64,000 bases of DNA from an uncultured virus (IMG/VR IMGVR_UViG_3300037067_016944) (Duplodnaviria > Heunggongvirae > Uroviricota > Caudoviricetes): IMG/VR virus record IMGVR_UViG_3300037067_016944, one strand, 5' to 3'. Positions 61,192 through 64,000 of this stretch are shown in pieces. Under the pieces are notes generated by a model. That model did not search any database, was not told where the DNA came from, and saw only the letters and a list, made by a program, of their open reading frames with translations. The position numbers and the translations under genes are program-made. Numbering within the stretch: position 1 is the stretch's first letter; every line of letters starts with the position of its first letter.

Positions 61192-61849
61192 ATTTCCCTC
61201 TTTTGTTAATCTGTTGGATCGACTGGTTTCATCCAATCTTTACGTACGCTGACGTCACGTTCTCGCTCTTCCTTGCGGCAAGTTGTCTTATTGCAGTGCT
61301 CACACTGGTCGTTGATATGCTCGACCCATTTAACATGCACCGTATACCATTCCTCAGATGTTTGTGTAACCACAATACCAACCGCTGGCATACGGATACC
61401 ATGACCGCGCATCTGAGTGATCACAACTACATCGCCATTCTTAAATGCACTCATTTTACACTCGCTTGATACGTGGCCTACCTATAGAATACATACGCAG
61501 AGGTCGCGTAATGGATTAGACTAACACAGCTTGGACGTCATAGCCGTCTGCGGCCCAGACGTTGATTTGATCGCTGTGTTTGGTTTGGTTGGCGACTCTT
61601 ACTGCTCTTGGTAGAGGTAGAATTTCGATTACCTCGTCAGAGATCCCACCACGATTAATAGGTCGTTTGACTGCTACTCGATTATTCTGTTGCAGCCTCT
61701 GTTTGATTCTGATTGCTGTCTGGACTTGTTCAAGGTCATGTAAAAGAATTGTCAAGCTCTGCCCCAATTTCGCTTCTAACGCTGCGAGCCATCGGTCAGA
61801 TTTGATCAGTAATTCAGCGTTGTCGCCAAGTTCATCAATGATGTCGAAT

Positions 61850-62077
61850 TCAATCATTTTCTATCCCCTTGACATTTGGTTGCTCTTCTTCAACCTCCAC
61901 TAACCAATGTGTCGGCATCCACACCAGCTTTCCTAGTAGCTCGACCCTACAGAACCCATTGCCGATTTCGCGAATGATACCTATTTCATTATGCCAGATA
62001 TGCTGCTGATTGTAGATGCACACCAACATCCCAATTTTGACGGCACTATTGGTCATTGTGATGACCTCAAACATCAA
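61850..62077 (-). CDS. small KOW/SH3-like protein
   Basis: IGMLVCI...GIIREI...CRVELLG. Confidence 0.5.
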   Translation of the reverse strand: MMFEVITMTNSAVKIGMLVCIYNQQHIWHNEIGIIREIGNGFCRVELLGKLVWMPTHWLVEVEEEQPNVKGIEND

Positions 62078-62083
62078 TCGTAG

Positions 62084-62773
62084 TTACTTAAATATCTTTT
62101 CGATCTTGGATGGATTGTCTCTAAGCTCCTTGATGATGGTTTGAGCTTGTTTGAGACTAACTCCATACCGGTGTGCCTTACATGAGGCTATAATCTTGGC
62201 CGAATTGATGTTACCGCATAGCTTTATCGGCCTATTAATGCATGCTTGTATCGCTGCTAGAGACGCATTATGGGCAGATATATTGGCCTTGGCTTGAGCA
62301 CATCGGAGATTGATGTCGGTCCGTAGCAAATTAGGGGCCGGTATTTCTTTTATCGCCATGCAGAGATTGTCGATGTCGGATTGTTCTCTAGATAAGCAAC
62401 CGAGAACAAATCTTATTTCTTGTACTCGCGGTAAGTGCTGCCTTATGAACGCAGTAATCGCCAATGTCTCTGCTTTTGTCTCGCCTGGCGATTTAGTTCC
62501 GAGTGCGATTTCAAAGCCATCACACGACAAAGCGTGGATAGACATCGTATGGAATTTACTAACTCCAGACTTGTCGCCCTTAGGCCAATCTACTGTGGTT
62601 AGAATCTTATACGCCGCCTGTCTTTTGACTCTCTGCATTGAGGCGTCAGCGACAAGATCCGGGTGGACGACTATTGCACCCATCTTATAGACGTGAGCGA
62701 GTTCCATCGCTTCGTTCAACTCACTCGCCTGCATTATGTCGAGTTCAAGTTTTTGGCTTATATAATATAGCAT
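62084..62773 (-). CDS. divergent DeoC-like class I aldolase TIM barrel
   Basis: AIVVHP, TTVDWPKG, PIKLCGNI, RYGVS; the Schiff-base Lys appears replaced (LRTD). Confidence 0.55.
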   Translation of the reverse strand: MLYYISQKLELDIMQASELNEAMELAHVYKMGAIVVHPDLVADASMQRVKRQAAYKILTTVDWPKGDKSGVSKFHTMSIHALSCDGFEIALGTKSPGETKAETLAITAFIRQHLPRVQEIRFVLGCLSREQSDIDNLCMAIKEIPAPNLLRTDINLRCAQAKANISAHNASLAAIQACINRPIKLCGNINSAKIIASCKAHRYGVSLKQAQTIIKELRDNPSKIEKIFK

Positions 62774-63097
62774 GTTGTGTCCGTTCCCTTGTTAATTGCC
62801 GAATGTTCAAATACATGGCGTGTATTCGAACAAATAATGACACAACGATAACTAGAAACTATATGGCAGCATCATCACAGATTCAATATTTTGCTTAGAT
62901 GTATTACTTAGGCTTCTTGATTTCGACGTTCTGTTTTTGAGTGTGTCCAGGGATTGGATTATGGACAGCGAATTCAGTACCAACCGATAATTGGTTGTAA
63001 GCTGTTCCGCCACCATGCGGACCAGTAAATGTCTTCTGCTGCTTGGTACCTTCCGGTACTACCGGCTTCGATGGCATTTTGTTCTGATCTAGCATGG

Positions 63098-63727
63098 TCA
63101 TCTCCCTAAGCCGTAGGCTATTAAATCGACATTTATATCTTTGATGTCGATGTCGAAATGGGTTAAGATGTCGTCAATGGCATGTCTGGCGAATTTCACT
63201 CTATTGACGCCCGGCAAGTAGTGAAAACTCACAGGCTCTATTGGTTCTGTTTCGTCTAGAATTGTGATGGTTGGTGGATTGACGTCATTAAGACGCTGGT
63301 AGGCGATGCCATATTCGAAATTTGTACCACGTCCAGTAGGGACTATCACCAACACATAAGATGCAGTAGATATACCCTCATATTCACGCAAGGCTTTTTG
63401 ACGCAAAGAATCCGGGTCGACATCTCTTGGTATCTTGCTTGTGGTAATTTCCTCGCCCCATATCGTCCAATCGAAAGCTATTGGGATTTGTAGACTTTTG
63501 AAGAACTCTATGAATGCCCTAGCTCGCTTCCAATTTGATAACGTCGTTGCAACATATATCGATTTATCTCTATCCCAAGAGATGACGTGCCAACTATCGG
63601 TGAGATCACCGTTTGACTCCATCGACCAATAATAATTACCACCGCATTTCTCACATCTACCATCAATCCATACGGCTGCGGAAAACTCTGAGCTGCAGTA
63701 CGGGCAAGTGAGGTCTTGGGTTATCAT
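63098..63727 (-). CDS. Zn ribbon plus nucleoside 2-deoxyribosyltransferase / nucleotide N-hydrolase-like domain
   Basis: IYVAT, FDWT, GRGTNFEYGIA with the catalytic Glu motif. Confidence 0.7.
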   Translation of the reverse strand: MITQDLTCPYCSSEFSAAVWIDGRCEKCGGNYYWSMESNGDLTDSWHVISWDRDKSIYVATTLSNWKRARAFIEFFKSLQIPIAFDWTIWGEEITTSKIPRDVDPDSLRQKALREYEGISTASYVLVIVPTGRGTNFEYGIAYQRLNDVNPPTITILDETEPIEPVSFHYLPGVNRVKFARHAIDDILTHFDIDIKDINVDLIAYGLGR

Positions 63728-63734
63728 AAGTTAT

Positions 63735-64000
63735 CTACACATCATTGCAGATTATATCTATAGCCTGGTGATGATCTAATTTGTTGAATCTTGTGGTAAA
63801 ATCGAATCGATTATAGGAACTGCAAAAGTAGAACTTATGTCTGGTTTCTGGTGGTAGTGTGCGGCTCGCGTCTTCGTAATATCTTGCTTCTTCGATGAAT
63901 CTCTTCTTACGGCTGTCTGCTGTGCAGTCTAGGTTTTGGCCATAGAAATGCAACATTTCCTTACCATCAACAACCACAGCTCCCATATCAATACCGAAGA
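63735..64000 (-). CDS. hypothetical protein, 5' end probably outside the window
   Basis: Frame stays open to the window edge. Confidence 0.5.
   Translation of the reverse strand, partial: FGIDMGAVVVDGKEMLHFYGQNLDCTADSRKKRFIEEARYYEDASRTLPPETRHKFYFCSSYNRFDFTTRFNKLDHHQAIDIICNDV

Noticed and set aside
1..64000. Genome-wide stop-codon reassignment (TAG or TGA)
   Set aside because: Recognisable genes are full length in the standard code and several end in TAG (e.g. 43811, 46101, 51084); only two local TAG interruptions were seen
1..64000. CRISPR array, rRNA, integrase or reverse transcriptase (DGR/retron)
   Set aside because: No regularly spaced repeats, rRNA signatures, integrase motifs or RT motifs were found by eye

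Overview
This 64 kb window looks like part of a large tailed dsDNA phage genome (jumbo or T4-like). It has dense short ORFs on both strands, many ATGA/TGATG gene overlaps, a T4 gp21-type prohead protease, four tRNA genes without encoded CCA, and two homing-endonuclease-like genes. Many host-like auxiliary genes are present: csrA, tmk, rarA, a Thg1-like protein, an RNA ligase, an HD hydrolase, glycosyltransferases and a radical SAM enzyme. No rRNA, CRISPR array or integrase was seen. The host may be a planctomycete, judged only from remembered resemblance of CsrA, Tmk and two small ORFs; this is unverified. Main highlights: (1) a PurZ-like adenylosuccinate-synthetase paralog (GSSGKG and NFxN signatures) near NDT-like, DeoC-like and TIM-barrel genes; (2) a small protein ending in Gly-Gly coupled to a Cys-containing partner, a possible minimal conjugation system; (3) a ~240 nt highly structured intergenic element; (4) a LAGLIDADG endonuclease flanked by two synonymously recoded copies of a phosphoesterase N-terminus, with a CUU-UAG +1 shift site; (5) a J-domain kinase / vWA / AdSS-like operon; (6) a recurrent GTGCTATAA promoter motif. 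All family calls come from motif recognition by eye; no database searches were run.
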